Assembly: GCA_017525225.1 (NCBI GenBank)
Contig: JAFXTB010000109.1
Location: 1,182 to 65,181, forward strand
Origin: Kiritimatiellia bacterium
GTDB lineage: Bacteria > Verrucomicrobiota > Kiritimatiellia > RFP12 > UBA1067
Direction: 5' to 3'
Length of the DNA stretch: 64,000 bases
The stretch's first letter is position 1. The number at the start of each line of letters is the position of its first letter. The notes under the pieces are model-generated. The model made no database searches and was not told where the DNA came from. It saw only the letters and a list, made by a program, of their open reading frames with translations. The position numbers and the translations under genes were made by a program. Shown one piece after another: positions 8,919-18,325 of this stretch.

Positions 8919-10211
8919 TTATTGCTCATCCAGCCGCTGTATGATCCATGGTACGCCGCTGGAGTCCTTCCCTCCGACATTGATTGTCTCGGTGGCCGGG
9001 GGCGATGACTTCTTGGCCTTTTCCTTCTCCGCTTCCGCCGCAGCCTTCTGTTTTGCAGCCTCCGCTGCGGCTTTCCGCTTGGTTTCTTCAGCGGCGGCTT
9101 TCTGTCGGGCGGCCTCCGCCTCCGCCTTGCTCTTGGCGGCTTCCGCCTCGGCTTTTCTACGCGAAGCCTCCGCCGCTTCTGCTTCGGCCTTGAGCTTTGC
9201 GGTATCTGCTTCCGCCTTCCTGCGCGCGGCTTCTGCCGCATCGGCCTCGGCCTTGCGTCTTGCGGCTTCAGAGGCGGCCTTGCGGCGTGCGGCTTCCTGC
9301 GCCAGCGCCTCTAACTCCGCATCCTCGTTGTCTGGAGACTGGTTGAAATATCCTACAGGACGTATATTGTCGAGCGCCTGGGAAGGGGGCTGTGGCGATT
9401 GGGAAGGGGGACGCCCCTGCACCGCCCTTTTCGACTCCCTCTCCTTTGCGGCTTCTTCCTTATCCTTCTTTGCATAGTATTCTGGATAAAGACGACGACG
9501 ATGGCGTTCAATTTCGGCCTGGCGCTTCTGATCCTCAAGCTTCTTTCGTTCAGCTGCCAATTGTTCCCTTTCCCGCTTGATCTGCTCGCGAATCTTCAGC
9601 GCCTCGGCCTCTGCAGAGGCAACCGCAGGCGAGACCGCGATAGGTTGCTGGACAACCGGCTGCTGGACTGTCTGGACTGGCTGGACAGGCTGTACCGGCT
9701 GTTGCTGGATGACAGGCTGTTGCTGGACAACCGGCTGCTGTGGAATGACCGGCTGCTGGACAGGCTGTGCCGTCTGTTGTGGTTGCTGCTTGGGCTGTTC
9801 GGCAATGGCTTTTGCCAGACGCTCGATCTTCTCCAGTACAGGTTTGAGGTATGAAGACGGCGAAGGTTGCGGCGCTGGCTGCTGCACAGGCTGTGGCTGG
9901 ACGATCTGCGGCTGCGTCTGCTGTACCGGTGCTTGCTGCGGCTTGAGCGCAAGTTCGAGCAGACGATCCGAGAGAGTCTGGTTGCGGTTGATTATACCGA
10001 TGACTATCAAGGTGAATGTGACGACGACTATGACAAGCAGCAGAATGAAGAACGCCGACAACCCCAGCATGCGCTTGCGCGCCTTTGCCTGTTCGGCGTC
10101 AATGTACTCCTGAAATGCCTTCAGCACAGGAAAGTCGTTCATGCCCTGTGACTGGCCAAAGATGCTCACAGCCGTATTGGAAGCGCCGTTGCCACCATTA
10201 TTCATATCCAT
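8919..10211 (-). CDS. Membrane-anchored low-complexity protein: short cytoplasmic N-terminus, one TM, a Q/P/V-rich spacer, then a KAEAEA/RRKAEA repeat coiled region (a TolA/FtsN-like architecture without a globular C-terminal domain)
   Basis: The TM is 'LSAFFILLLVIVVVTFTLIVIGII'. Then comes 'QQPVIPQQPVVQQQPVIQQQPVQPVQPV', then '(E/A)ARRKAEA(D/E)AA' repeats. The ATG at 10211 has a GGAGGA ribosome-binding site 9 nt upstream. The ORF-track start at 10283 is a TTG. Confidence 0.6.
   Translation of the reverse strand: MDMNNGGNGASNTAVSIFGQSQGMNDFPVLKAFQEYIDAEQAKARKRMLGLSAFFILLLVIVVVTFTLIVIGIINRNQTLSDRLLELALKPQQAPVQQTQPQIVQPQPVQQPAPQPSPSSYLKPVLEKIERLAKAIAEQPKQQPQQTAQPVQQPVIPQQPVVQQQPVIQQQPVQPVQPVQTVQQPVVQQPIAVSPAVASAEAEALKIREQIKREREQLAAERKKLEDQKRQAEIERHRRRLYPEYYAKKDKEEAAKERESKRAVQGRPPSQSPQPPSQALDNIRPVGYFNQSPDNEDAELEALAQEAARRKAASEAARRKAEADAAEAARRKAEADTAKLKAEAEAAEASRRKAEAEAAKSKAEAEAARQKAAAEETKRKAAAEAAKQKAAAEAEKEKAKKSSPPATETINVGGKDSSGVPWIIQRLDEQ
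8995..9300 (-). repeat. In-frame tandem repeats of ~33 nt (GCGGCTTC/GCCTCGGCC units) encoding the RRKAEAEAA repeats
   Basis: Repeated GCnGC(C/T)TCnGC blocks are visible. A second repeat block (CTG-rich, encoding the QQPV repeats) lies at about 9600-9960. Confidence 0.5.
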
Positions 10212-10355
10212 ATATCTAATTCCTCCAATTGGTGTTATAATTCTACCATCCTTAAATCGTACGCGCAAGCAAAATCCCGACAAAGATAATTCGCATAATG
10301 TATGTTATGTTTACTACGAAATATGACGAATCTAGCCCCAAACCCTTCTGGGATT

Positions 10356-10364
10356 TGGTAGAAT
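10356..10364 (+). promoter_or_regulatory. Extended -10 element TGGTAGAAT immediately upstream of the outer-membrane protein gene
   Basis: The same 9-mer occurs upstream of metY (26821) and the U32-family gene (28168). Here it ends 7 nt before the GTG at 10372. Confidence 0.4.
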
Positions 10365-10371
10365 ATCCGGC

Positions 10372-11847
10372 GTGAAAACCATAGCAAGACCTGCCTTCGC
10401 GGCAATCATGGCTTCAATTGCCACTGTCTCGGCCATTGCCCAGACAACCAACAATCCCCCCGTTGAAATCTCGGAGTCTGCTTCAAAGCTCAAGGCCAAT
10501 GCCGGCGCCGATCTACGAGTCCGCCAGGAAGTGATGCACAACGTGCCCGGTCTTCCTGGAGGCTCCGGTGCGATGATGCCCGCATCTCGCAAGGAGGCGA
10601 TCAACCAGTTCCGGTTTCGTCCGCGCGTATGGGGGCGCCTCGACTATGAGAATTTCGGTCTGTATACCCGTCTTGCCAACGAAGTCCGTGAGTACGTGGT
10701 GAAGAATGGCAAGCGCCGGGACGACCGCAACTACAACTTCCCCGATGAGGTCGTTGTAGACAACCTCTATTTTGAGGGCATGGGGCTTTTCGATGGTTTC
10801 CTTGATTTCCGTCTTGGACGCCAGGATCTCTTTGACGGAAAACATTCCGTTTTCGGCCTAGACCACATTCTGCAGGATGGTGCGCCGTATGTCGGATCTC
10901 GCTCCTGCTATGCCGACATGGCCCGGTTCACCCTGCATCCCACTGAGGATTCCAAGTTGGATCTTTTCTCGCTCTATGACAACGGACGCAATGTCCTGCG
11001 CTTTGGAAACCACAACTCATCCGTAGGCAGACCCATGAACGCCATCAACCCCACCGACAATCCGGAGATGGACGAATGGGGCGGCGGCGCCATCTGGTCG
11101 AGCGATCTCTTCGAGAAGCGTCTGCCCTACCAGCTTTATGCAGTGCACAAGCACACAGAATCCTACAACACCGCCAAGGGCGTGCGCATGGCGGAGAAGC
11201 AGATCACGACGTTCGGCGCTCGCGTCCAGCCCCAGATAACGGATACTTTCTCGTTCGACTTCGAAGGTGCAAAGCAGGTCGGCTCAAAGTCCAATGGCAA
11301 CAAGCAGGCCGGCGGCTATATGGGCTACGCGGCGATGGACTTCCATCCCGACATATCCAAGCAGTGGCATCCATATACCCGCCTTTCCGCATACTATCTT
11401 TCCGGCGACAAGCATCGCACCGATGACGGCAGCGACAACGACACCGCCTGGGATCCGATGTGGGCGCGCGCCCCGAACGATTCCGAGCTCTTCCAGTACG
11501 GCACGCTCTATGGCCTAGGATACTGGAGCAACATGCTCTATACCAAGTGGACCCTTGGCGCGGACTTCGGCGCGCATCATGGCGTATGCGCCTACTCTGG
11601 TCCGATGTGGGCGGCTGTGCAGGACAATCTCGGACACGCGGACGGTTCCGGCGGCTCGATGTACAAGGGATGGAACTCCGCGGCACGCTATGACTTCCCG
11701 ATCCGCCTAGCGCCTAAAGGTGCAAAAGGCTGCGATCGCTTCGAGGTGTTTGGCCATGTGCTCGCCGAGATATTCAATCCGGGCGACTACTACGACACTT
11801 CCAAGCCAGCCTACTTCCTGCGCTGGGAGCTGATATTCAAGTTCTAG
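10372..11847 (+). CDS. Secreted outer-membrane beta-barrel protein, possibly alginate-export (AlgE-like) family
   Basis: Signal peptide 'MKTIARPAFAAIMASIATVSAIA/QT' with a GTG start. The C-terminus '...LRWELIFKF' ends in an aromatic residue, typical of outer-membrane barrels. 'ADLRVRQE' is near the N-terminus. Confidence 0.5.
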   Translation: MKTIARPAFAAIMASIATVSAIAQTTNNPPVEISESASKLKANAGADLRVRQEVMHNVPGLPGGSGAMMPASRKEAINQFRFRPRVWGRLDYENFGLYTRLANEVREYVVKNGKRRDDRNYNFPDEVVVDNLYFEGMGLFDGFLDFRLGRQDLFDGKHSVFGLDHILQDGAPYVGSRSCYADMARFTLHPTEDSKLDLFSLYDNGRNVLRFGNHNSSVGRPMNAINPTDNPEMDEWGGGAIWSSDLFEKRLPYQLYAVHKHTESYNTAKGVRMAEKQITTFGARVQPQITDTFSFDFEGAKQVGSKSNGNKQAGGYMGYAAMDFHPDISKQWHPYTRLSAYYLSGDKHRTDDGSDNDTAWDPMWARAPNDSELFQYGTLYGLGYWSNMLYTKWTLGADFGAHHGVCAYSGPMWAAVQDNLGHADGSGGSMYKGWNSAARYDFPIRLAPKGAKGCDRFEVFGHVLAEIFNPGDYYDTSKPAYFLRWELIFKF

Positions 11848-11860
11848 TAGCAGCCCGAAG

Positions 11861-13792
11861 TCACTTGAGCGAGGCAAGCAGTCCTCCGCAGAGGATCAGC
11901 CTGCGTTCGCGTCCGGAAAGCGCGGTGAACACCTTGATAGTACGCTTGCCGGCCTTGACGGTGGCATGCCCATCCCCTTCTATCGCGGCGCGTATCCCAT
12001 CGAACTGCAGCGGCATTCCTGCCTCTACAAGGTCGTAGTCGCCTGGATTCTCGAAGGTGAACGGCACGATGCCGAAGTTGATCAGGTTCGCGCGATGGAT
12101 GCGCTCTATCGACTTCGCGATCACCGCCTTGACGCCAAGATACATGGGGCAGAGAGCTGCATGTTCGCGCGACGAGCCCTGTCCATAGGATTCACCGGCG
12201 ACTATCACGTTGGCGAGTCCGGCGGCCTTGCTGGCCATGCACCTGTCGTGGAACTGCGGATCGCATGGTTCAAATACGAATTTCGCGTATGCCGGAACGT
12301 TCGACCTGAACTTGAGCCTGGCGCCGACCGGCATAATGTGGTCGGTAGTTATCTTGTCGCCTACCTTGATGGCGCAGACCGCCTTCAGCGATGCGGGTAG
12401 CGGTTCTCCCTTTGGCACGGGCGCGATGTTTGGTCCACGAACGATCTTGGCCCCCTTCACACCCCTTCTCGCCGTGGATCTGTAAAGGAACATCGAATCG
12501 TCGATCGGGAAACGCTTCGGCGGCGGAACGGAGGCGACCGGATCGACGCATGGATCCGCCACCTTGCCGGTCAGCGCCGATGCAGCCGCCGTCTCGGGCG
12601 ACACAAGGTACACCTGGGCGCTCTTCGTACCGCTGCGTCCCTCGAAGTTGCGGTTGTTCGTGCGCAGCGAGATCGCGCCCGTACGCGGCGACATGTGTGC
12701 GCCTATGCAGAAGCCACAGGCGTTCTCCAGGATGCGGCATCCGGCCTGGATGAGTATCGCGAGCGAACCGTCCCTGGCAAGCATCTCTACAACCTGCCGC
12801 GAGCCGCACGCGATACCCACCTCCACATCCTCGGCCACATGCCTCCCCTTCAGGCGCAGCGCAACGGTGCGTATGTCGCGATACGAGGAATTCGTGCACG
12901 AGCCTATCATGATCTGATTGACCTTGGTGCCCTTCATCTTCCGTACCGTGACAATGTTGCCAGGAGAATGAGGTGCGGCCATGAGCGGCTCCACCTTGCC
13001 AAGGTCTATCTCGAAGACGTCGTCGTAGGTGGCGCCGCGATCGGCTGTCAACTCGATCCAGTCGCCGACGCGTCCTTGCGCCTCAAGGAACTGCCTGGTA
13101 ACGCCCTCTGAAGGGAACACGCTCGTCGTCACACCAAGCTCCGCGCCCATGTTGGTGATTGTTGCGCGCGAAGGTACGTCGAGCGTCCTAACCCCAGGTC
13201 CGAAATATTCGAATATCCAGCCTACGTTCCCTTTCGTGCCGTACTTCTCCAGCACCTTGAGGATGACATCCTTGGCGCTGCATCCGCGACGGAGACGGCC
13301 CGAAAGGCGGATGCCGCGTACCTTGGGCGTTGGGATATGGAATGCGCCGCCGGCCATGGCGACTGCGATGTCGATGCCGCCCGCGCCTATCGCGATCATA
13401 CCGATCCCGCCACCCGTTGGAGTGTGGCTGTCGGATCCAAGCAGCGTGCGGCCAGGCTTGCCGAAGCGCTCCAGATGCAGCTGGTGGCAGATGCCGTTGC
13501 CGCACTTGGAGTAGACGATGCCATACTTCTTGGCGACCGACTGCAGAAAGTCATGGTCATCGGCGTTCTCGTATCCGATCTGCACGGTGTTGTGGTCCAC
13601 GTACGATACCGCAAGTTCATTCCTGACGTGCGGCACGTCCATCGACTCGAACTGCAGGTACGCCATCGTGCCGGTGGCGTCCTGTGTCAACGTCTGGTCT
13701 ATGCGGATGCCGAGTTCGGCGTCCTTCAACGGGTCGCCTTCTACGAGGTGGGCCGATAGGATTTTCTGGGTGACGTTCATTTTTCCGTACAT
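11861..13792 (-). CDS. Aconitase-family hydratase, single chain with catalytic and swivel domains (aconitate hydratase-like, 643 aa)
   Basis: Contains 'GSDSHTPTGGGIGMIAIGAGG' and 'MIGSCTNSSYRDI' (Fe-S ligand cysteines) and 'GRSGTKSAQVYL'. The C-terminal swivel has 'VIAKSIERIHRANLINFGIVP'. Confidence 0.7.
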   Translation of the reverse strand: MYGKMNVTQKILSAHLVEGDPLKDAELGIRIDQTLTQDATGTMAYLQFESMDVPHVRNELAVSYVDHNTVQIGYENADDHDFLQSVAKKYGIVYSKCGNGICHQLHLERFGKPGRTLLGSDSHTPTGGGIGMIAIGAGGIDIAVAMAGGAFHIPTPKVRGIRLSGRLRRGCSAKDVILKVLEKYGTKGNVGWIFEYFGPGVRTLDVPSRATITNMGAELGVTTSVFPSEGVTRQFLEAQGRVGDWIELTADRGATYDDVFEIDLGKVEPLMAAPHSPGNIVTVRKMKGTKVNQIMIGSCTNSSYRDIRTVALRLKGRHVAEDVEVGIACGSRQVVEMLARDGSLAILIQAGCRILENACGFCIGAHMSPRTGAISLRTNNRNFEGRSGTKSAQVYLVSPETAAASALTGKVADPCVDPVASVPPPKRFPIDDSMFLYRSTARRGVKGAKIVRGPNIAPVPKGEPLPASLKAVCAIKVGDKITTDHIMPVGARLKFRSNVPAYAKFVFEPCDPQFHDRCMASKAAGLANVIVAGESYGQGSSREHAALCPMYLGVKAVIAKSIERIHRANLINFGIVPFTFENPGDYDLVEAGMPLQFDGIRAAIEGDGHATVKAGKRTIKVFTALSGRERRLILCGGLLASLK

Positions 13793-13855
13793 GTCGCATG
13801 TCCTCTTCTTGTTTGAGCCGTATTATACCACAATCCATCGGTTCGTGCATGCATT

Positions 13856-15199
13856 TCACCAGGCGCCGGGTGAACGGGCGGCGATGTCGATCTGCCGCTT
13901 GAGCTCTTCAGACAGTTCGACCTTGCCGAAGAATACCTGTGAGAGCCAGGGCAGGTTCACGTCGGGATGGAAGCTGTGCTGGGACGCATCCACGTTGGCG
14001 CGAAGAAGGTAGCTTCCGCCATCCAGCCCGCTTGTTGTCTTGAGGTCTACATCCTCGAACTTTCGCGTGGCCGGATCGGCGTACTTCTCGTAGTATGCCA
14101 CGTGCAGATTGCCGGAAGCTCCGAGCATCTCGTACGCGCGCCTTACCTTTTCTATGTGTCGCTTCCACGGTCCCCCCTCGGCCAGAATCATCGGCCGCGG
14201 GGCCACGGCCGCCATGAGGTCGGGCTGGTCGTCGAACCAGCGGTAGAATCCGAATGGGCGACGCGCATCCACGGGACCGCGCACCTTCTCGGTCACTGTC
14301 ATCGCGCGAATCGCCGACGAGCATACGAAGTCGTTATAGACGACCGCCGCGACATCGTCGCTCAGCACGGCGGAATAGAGCGCCGGGATGCAGCCGAGCG
14401 AGAGGGCGGAGAGCGCAATGCGCCGCCTGTCCACCTGTGGATGATCCTTGAGGAACTCTACGGTCTGCAGCACATGTTCGACCATGAATCCCCACATGCT
14501 ACGCCCGCATACAGTCATGAGGCGCGCGAACTGGGCCTGTGTCAGATAGTGGTCCACGCCCGGCTCGCCGTTTTCCGCCGTTGCTGGATTCTCGATCGCC
14601 ACCGCCACCATTCCTGCCTTGACGTAGAACCAGGCCTGGCGGTTGCGCAGAGGGAAGTGGTTCGCCGATGAGTCAGGTTCGCCTGCAAGCGAATTGAGAC
14701 TTGCCCCGCTGCCCGGCATGCAGACCACGGCGGGGACCTTCCTGCCCGATGCGATGGCATCCTCTGGAACAAGTACGAGTACCGGCACGGCCAGGGCTTC
14801 TTCTGGATGGAATTCGTAGCGGTAGAGCCGGTAGCCGTCCCGCCGCGCCTCGGAGATGCGGACGAATCCAGTCTTGAGGTTGTCGCCTACCTGAAGAAGC
14901 TCCTTGAGCTTGGCGCGTACCTTCGCGCGCCATGCAGGGATTTCTTCGGCGGACTTGATATCGTCGAAGGAATAGGCGGGCTTCATGCGCCTGAGATAAT
15001 CCATTACGAACCCGAGGCTGCGGTCGAAGCGTCCATCGGCGCGCTGCGTCCGGAAGTCCGAATCCCGCAGCTCATGGCGTACGCCTGGTCCCAGATTGGA
15101 CATCGTAGGCATGTTCGCCGCCGACGCCTGTATCGCGGCCGCAACCGCAACCGCCGACAGTGCACCGCTTAACGCAGGCACGATTTCCATCTTCCTCAT
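13856..15199 (-). CDS. Secreted alpha/beta-hydrolase-fold esterase (family uncertain)
   Basis: Signal peptide 'MEIVPALSGALSAVAVAAAIQASAA'. 'VVCMPGSGASLNSLAG' and 'IALSALSLGCIPA' are serine-hydrolase-like. Confidence 0.5.
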   Translation of the reverse strand: MRKMEIVPALSGALSAVAVAAAIQASAANMPTMSNLGPGVRHELRDSDFRTQRADGRFDRSLGFVMDYLRRMKPAYSFDDIKSAEEIPAWRAKVRAKLKELLQVGDNLKTGFVRISEARRDGYRLYRYEFHPEEALAVPVLVLVPEDAIASGRKVPAVVCMPGSGASLNSLAGEPDSSANHFPLRNRQAWFYVKAGMVAVAIENPATAENGEPGVDHYLTQAQFARLMTVCGRSMWGFMVEHVLQTVEFLKDHPQVDRRRIALSALSLGCIPALYSAVLSDDVAAVVYNDFVCSSAIRAMTVTEKVRGPVDARRPFGFYRWFDDQPDLMAAVAPRPMILAEGGPWKRHIEKVRRAYEMLGASGNLHVAYYEKYADPATRKFEDVDLKTTSGLDGGSYLLRANVDASQHSFHPDVNLPWLSQVFFGKVELSEELKRQIDIAARSPGAW

Positions 15200-15261
15200 C
15201 TGTATACTCCTCTTTCCTATTGGGGTGTATCTGTCCCATGGACAATGTTACACCCCGAAAA

Positions 15262-16305
15262 CTATCGTTTTTCAACGAAATCCATCATGTCCTTGTAGAG
15301 CAGGTCGAGTTCCTTGATCTGAAGGTCGGTCAACTTCACGTCCTCCAGCTTCCACTCCCTCCTCGTGCCGAAGCTGCCGGCATCCTTGACGACGGCGTTC
15401 TTGTACTGGCGTGAAATCCTGTTGCGGAAGACCCCTTCCTTCTCCAGAAGATATAGATGATATCCACGCAGTCCCCCGGGGAAGTTCCGCTGATCGGTCA
15501 AGAGACGAAACATCGCAAACGATTCCGCGAGCCGTACGCCCCTTTCGCCCCGCTCGAAGTCTCGCCAAAGCGCACCGAGGATCGGCGCGTAGGCGCACCG
15601 TTCCGTAACAAGCCCCTCGCATCCGCATTGCCGCATCTGCATCAACATCTGCCAGCCGCCCCAGCCCGCCATGAGCGTCTTGATCGCATGACGATGCTTG
15701 TTTTCCTCAAACATCCTCTCGACCGCGCCATAGCCGGCTGCTTCCTCCTTGATATAGCCATAGATGTCAGGATGCCGCCCGGCAAGCCGAACCAGCAGTT
15801 CCACCGATGGCGTTGGCGTATTGGACGTTCCGTAGGTCTGGAAGATCACGGGACGTTTCGCGACGGACGCGAGGGCCTCCCATGCCCTTTCGACATCTTC
15901 CTGCGAGCGGACGTCGTCGGGCGGACGCGATATCATTGCAATCTTCGCGCGCGGATGCCGCGCGGCAACACGTTCTATGTCCGCCGCAACTTCCAGCATC
16001 TCGGCCGTATTCGTGCCGTTTGCGCCAAGCGCGAGCGTGATCTTCAGTCCCTCGACGGCTTCCGCGCAAGCCTCGAATCCCGCTCGCTTCTCATCCCGCG
16101 TAAGAAGGTCTATGGCATCGTTCGACTGTCCCCAGATGCATCCTGGACAATCGGAACGATCGACAAACCTGGCCTCTCGCTTCAGTCCTTCGCAATCGAT
16201 GGAACCATCCTCGAAATATGGCGTAGACATGATCGGAAACGGCCCGCGTATGTCCGCCGCACACGGAACCGCCGCCAAAAGCGCAACACATCCTGCTAAA
16301 AACAT
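15262..16305 (-). CDS. DapA/DHDPS-family class I aldolase (sugar-acid aldolase or dehydratase-like) with a hydrophobic 20-aa N-terminal extension
   Basis: 'PIMSTPYFEDGSIDCEGLKREARF' matches the DHDPS-family N-terminus. 'MFLAGCVALLAAVPCAADIR' precedes it. The ribosome-binding site is AAAGGA. Confidence 0.6.
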   Translation of the reverse strand: MFLAGCVALLAAVPCAADIRGPFPIMSTPYFEDGSIDCEGLKREARFVDRSDCPGCIWGQSNDAIDLLTRDEKRAGFEACAEAVEGLKITLALGANGTNTAEMLEVAADIERVAARHPRAKIAMISRPPDDVRSQEDVERAWEALASVAKRPVIFQTYGTSNTPTPSVELLVRLAGRHPDIYGYIKEEAAGYGAVERMFEENKHRHAIKTLMAGWGGWQMLMQMRQCGCEGLVTERCAYAPILGALWRDFERGERGVRLAESFAMFRLLTDQRNFPGGLRGYHLYLLEKEGVFRNRISRQYKNAVVKDAGSFGTRREWKLEDVKLTDLQIKELDLLYKDMMDFVEKR

Positions 16306-16320
16306 TGTCGTAGTCCTTTC

Positions 16321-17079
16321 TCATTGCGGTTGCATCGACAGCCGCCCACAGTCCATCACATGATTGGAACCCGTAATGCAACGGCAGGCGTCAGACGACA
16401 GGAACAAGATGAAGTCGACGAGTTCCTCCGTTTCCGCAGCATGTCCAAGAAGAGTCTTCATCCCGGCCATCGATGGACGCGTCATGACAGGGCCTGGCGT
16501 GACGCAGAACGCCCGCACGCCATGTTTCGCGCCTGCTTGCGCGAGTCCCTTGACGAAATTGAACAGGCCGGATTTGGCCGTACCGTACATCGCCCCGTTG
16601 CCGTCCCCCTCGAATCCCGTCACGGACCCCAGGCAGCAGATGACGCCCTTCCCCGCCTTGACCATGGCAGGCATGCAGGCGCGTGCGAAGTACACCGCCC
16701 CCTTGAGATTGACGTCCAAACCCCAGTCGATCACCTCGATCGGCTGTTCGTAGAACGGCATCACACTGTTACACATGCGCGGTTCGTATCCCCCGGCGCA
16801 CGTGACAAGCAGATCGATGCGCCCCATCTTCTCCAGCGCGAGGGCCGCAGCCTTTTCCGCATCGGCGAATCTACGGACGTCCGACACGCACGGATAGGCG
16901 TGCCCCGCGCCTTTCGCGTTGATTTCGGCGGCAGCCCCGTTCAAGGCCTCGCCGTTCACATCGCACATCACAGCCGATCCGCCAGCCGCGCAGATCTTCC
17001 GCGAGAGACACAGCCCCATTCCCGAAGCCGCGCCCGTGACGACGGCGACACGTCCGCCGTATTCCGACAAGTCAACCAT
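16321..17079 (-). CDS. Short-chain dehydrogenase/reductase (SDR) family oxidoreductase
   Basis: 'VAVVTGAASGMG' Rossmann motif and 'YGTAKSG' catalytic YxxxK. Length is 252 aa. Confidence 0.8.
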   Translation of the reverse strand: MVDLSEYGGRVAVVTGAASGMGLCLSRKICAAGGSAVMCDVNGEALNGAAAEINAKGAGHAYPCVSDVRRFADAEKAAALALEKMGRIDLLVTCAGGYEPRMCNSVMPFYEQPIEVIDWGLDVNLKGAVYFARACMPAMVKAGKGVICCLGSVTGFEGDGNGAMYGTAKSGLFNFVKGLAQAGAKHGVRAFCVTPGPVMTRPSMAGMKTLLGHAAETEELVDFILFLSSDACRCITGSNHVMDCGRLSMQPQ

Positions 17080-18325
17080 TCAATACCTCCTTGATTCTGT
17101 CTCGGTTGAAGGTGAAGAGAAGCGATCCAAGCATGAGAAGTGCGGCCATGGCCAGGCTACCGCCGAGCGCGGCAAAACCCACCTCCATCCCGTGAACGCC
17201 GAATCGTTCCGAAAGCCATCCGATCAGGATCGGCGCCATCGAACCGACAAGTCCTGCGACGACATTGAGAAAACCGACCGCGCCGGCACGGCAGTCCGGC
17301 GGGATGACATCGAAGAGCGAAGCATACTGGCACGACTCGAAAGTCCCCCGCAACAAGCCGTAGACGCCGGCGGCGACCCACACGGCAGGCAACGCGGACG
17401 CCATTCCGAACACGGCAAGGACCGGCGTTGCCGCTACAAGCGCCGAAACCTGAAGAGCCAGTCTGAAACGCGGCCATCGCCTGACGAATCGGTCTGCGAT
17501 GGTTCCGGCAACCAGGATAGAGGCGAACGCGGCCGCGAAATGCCAGAACATCACCCCGGTACCGGCAACCGCCGGCGACACACCGAACTTGACGGCGACG
17601 AACTTCGGCCCCCATGCCGTATAGCCGAACGCGGCAAAGACCATGGCGACATATCCACTTGCCGCCAACAGGGCGCTCGGACAGCAGAAAAACGCACGGA
17701 ACGACCGTACGACGCCAGATGCTGCAGCAATATTCCCCGGTTTCTCGTCGAGCCCATCGCAAGTACGCTTCCTTGTCCAAAGGAGAAACGCAAGACCAAT
17801 CGCTAGCCCGAACATCCCGAAGGAAATGTATGCGCCCCGCCAGCTACCGAGAATCGACAGCGCTGCCGCCGCGACTCCCCCCGACGCGAACCATCCGATA
17901 TAGTAGGCCGCCTGATGGATGCTAAGAGCGACAGCCCTAGTGCCGACATGTTCCTTCGCGATAAGAGCATTCGCCGAAGGTCCATAGAACGTCTGCGGCA
18001 GGGTAATGGCGACCGACACGAGTAAAAGAAGCGACCAAAAGCCACCCGCAAACCCGGCAAGTGCGGCCATGACGCTCCATGAAAGTGCCGCCACGCCAAT
18101 GATCTTTCGCTTGTCATACCGGTCGCCGACAAGCCCGGCGAACGGCACTGCCAGCGCATACGTCCAGAACACCACCGAATTCAAGATGCCGAATTGCAGA
18201 TCTGACACCCCGGTTTCGTTCTGTATCGGAATTGCCAAAAGGCCCAGAAGCGCACGATCAACCGTGTACACGAAGAATATTCCACACAGGAAGGCAAGTG
18301 AGTGCCATTTATTCATCGCAAGCAT
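17072..18325 (-). CDS. MFS transporter
   Basis: About 12 predicted TM segments. 'GLVGDRYDKRKIIG' is the MFS loop 2-3 motif. Confidence 0.8.
   Translation of the reverse strand: MLAMNKWHSLAFLCGIFFVYTVDRALLGLLAIPIQNETGVSDLQFGILNSVVFWTYALAVPFAGLVGDRYDKRKIIGVAALSWSVMAALAGFAGGFWSLLLLVSVAITLPQTFYGPSANALIAKEHVGTRAVALSIHQAAYYIGWFASGGVAAAALSILGSWRGAYISFGMFGLAIGLAFLLWTRKRTCDGLDEKPGNIAAASGVVRSFRAFFCCPSALLAASGYVAMVFAAFGYTAWGPKFVAVKFGVSPAVAGTGVMFWHFAAAFASILVAGTIADRFVRRWPRFRLALQVSALVAATPVLAVFGMASALPAVWVAAGVYGLLRGTFESCQYASLFDVIPPDCRAGAVGFLNVVAGLVGSMAPILIGWLSERFGVHGMEVGFAALGGSLAMAALLMLGSLLFTFNRDRIKEVLNG

Noticed and set aside
8995-9960. CRISPR-like periodic repeats
   Set aside because: The periodicity is protein-coding (KAEAEA and QQPV repeats), in frame, with no spacer-like unique segments. 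No CRISPR array exists anywhere in the window.
10408-10410. Internal ATG as an alternative start for the outer-membrane protein gene, to avoid a GUG-leaderless start
   Set aside because: It would leave a 12-aa uncharged signal peptide ('MASIATVSAIAQ'). The GTG at 10372 gives a canonical n-region (K, R) plus h-region signal. This remains uncertain and is flagged in the findings.
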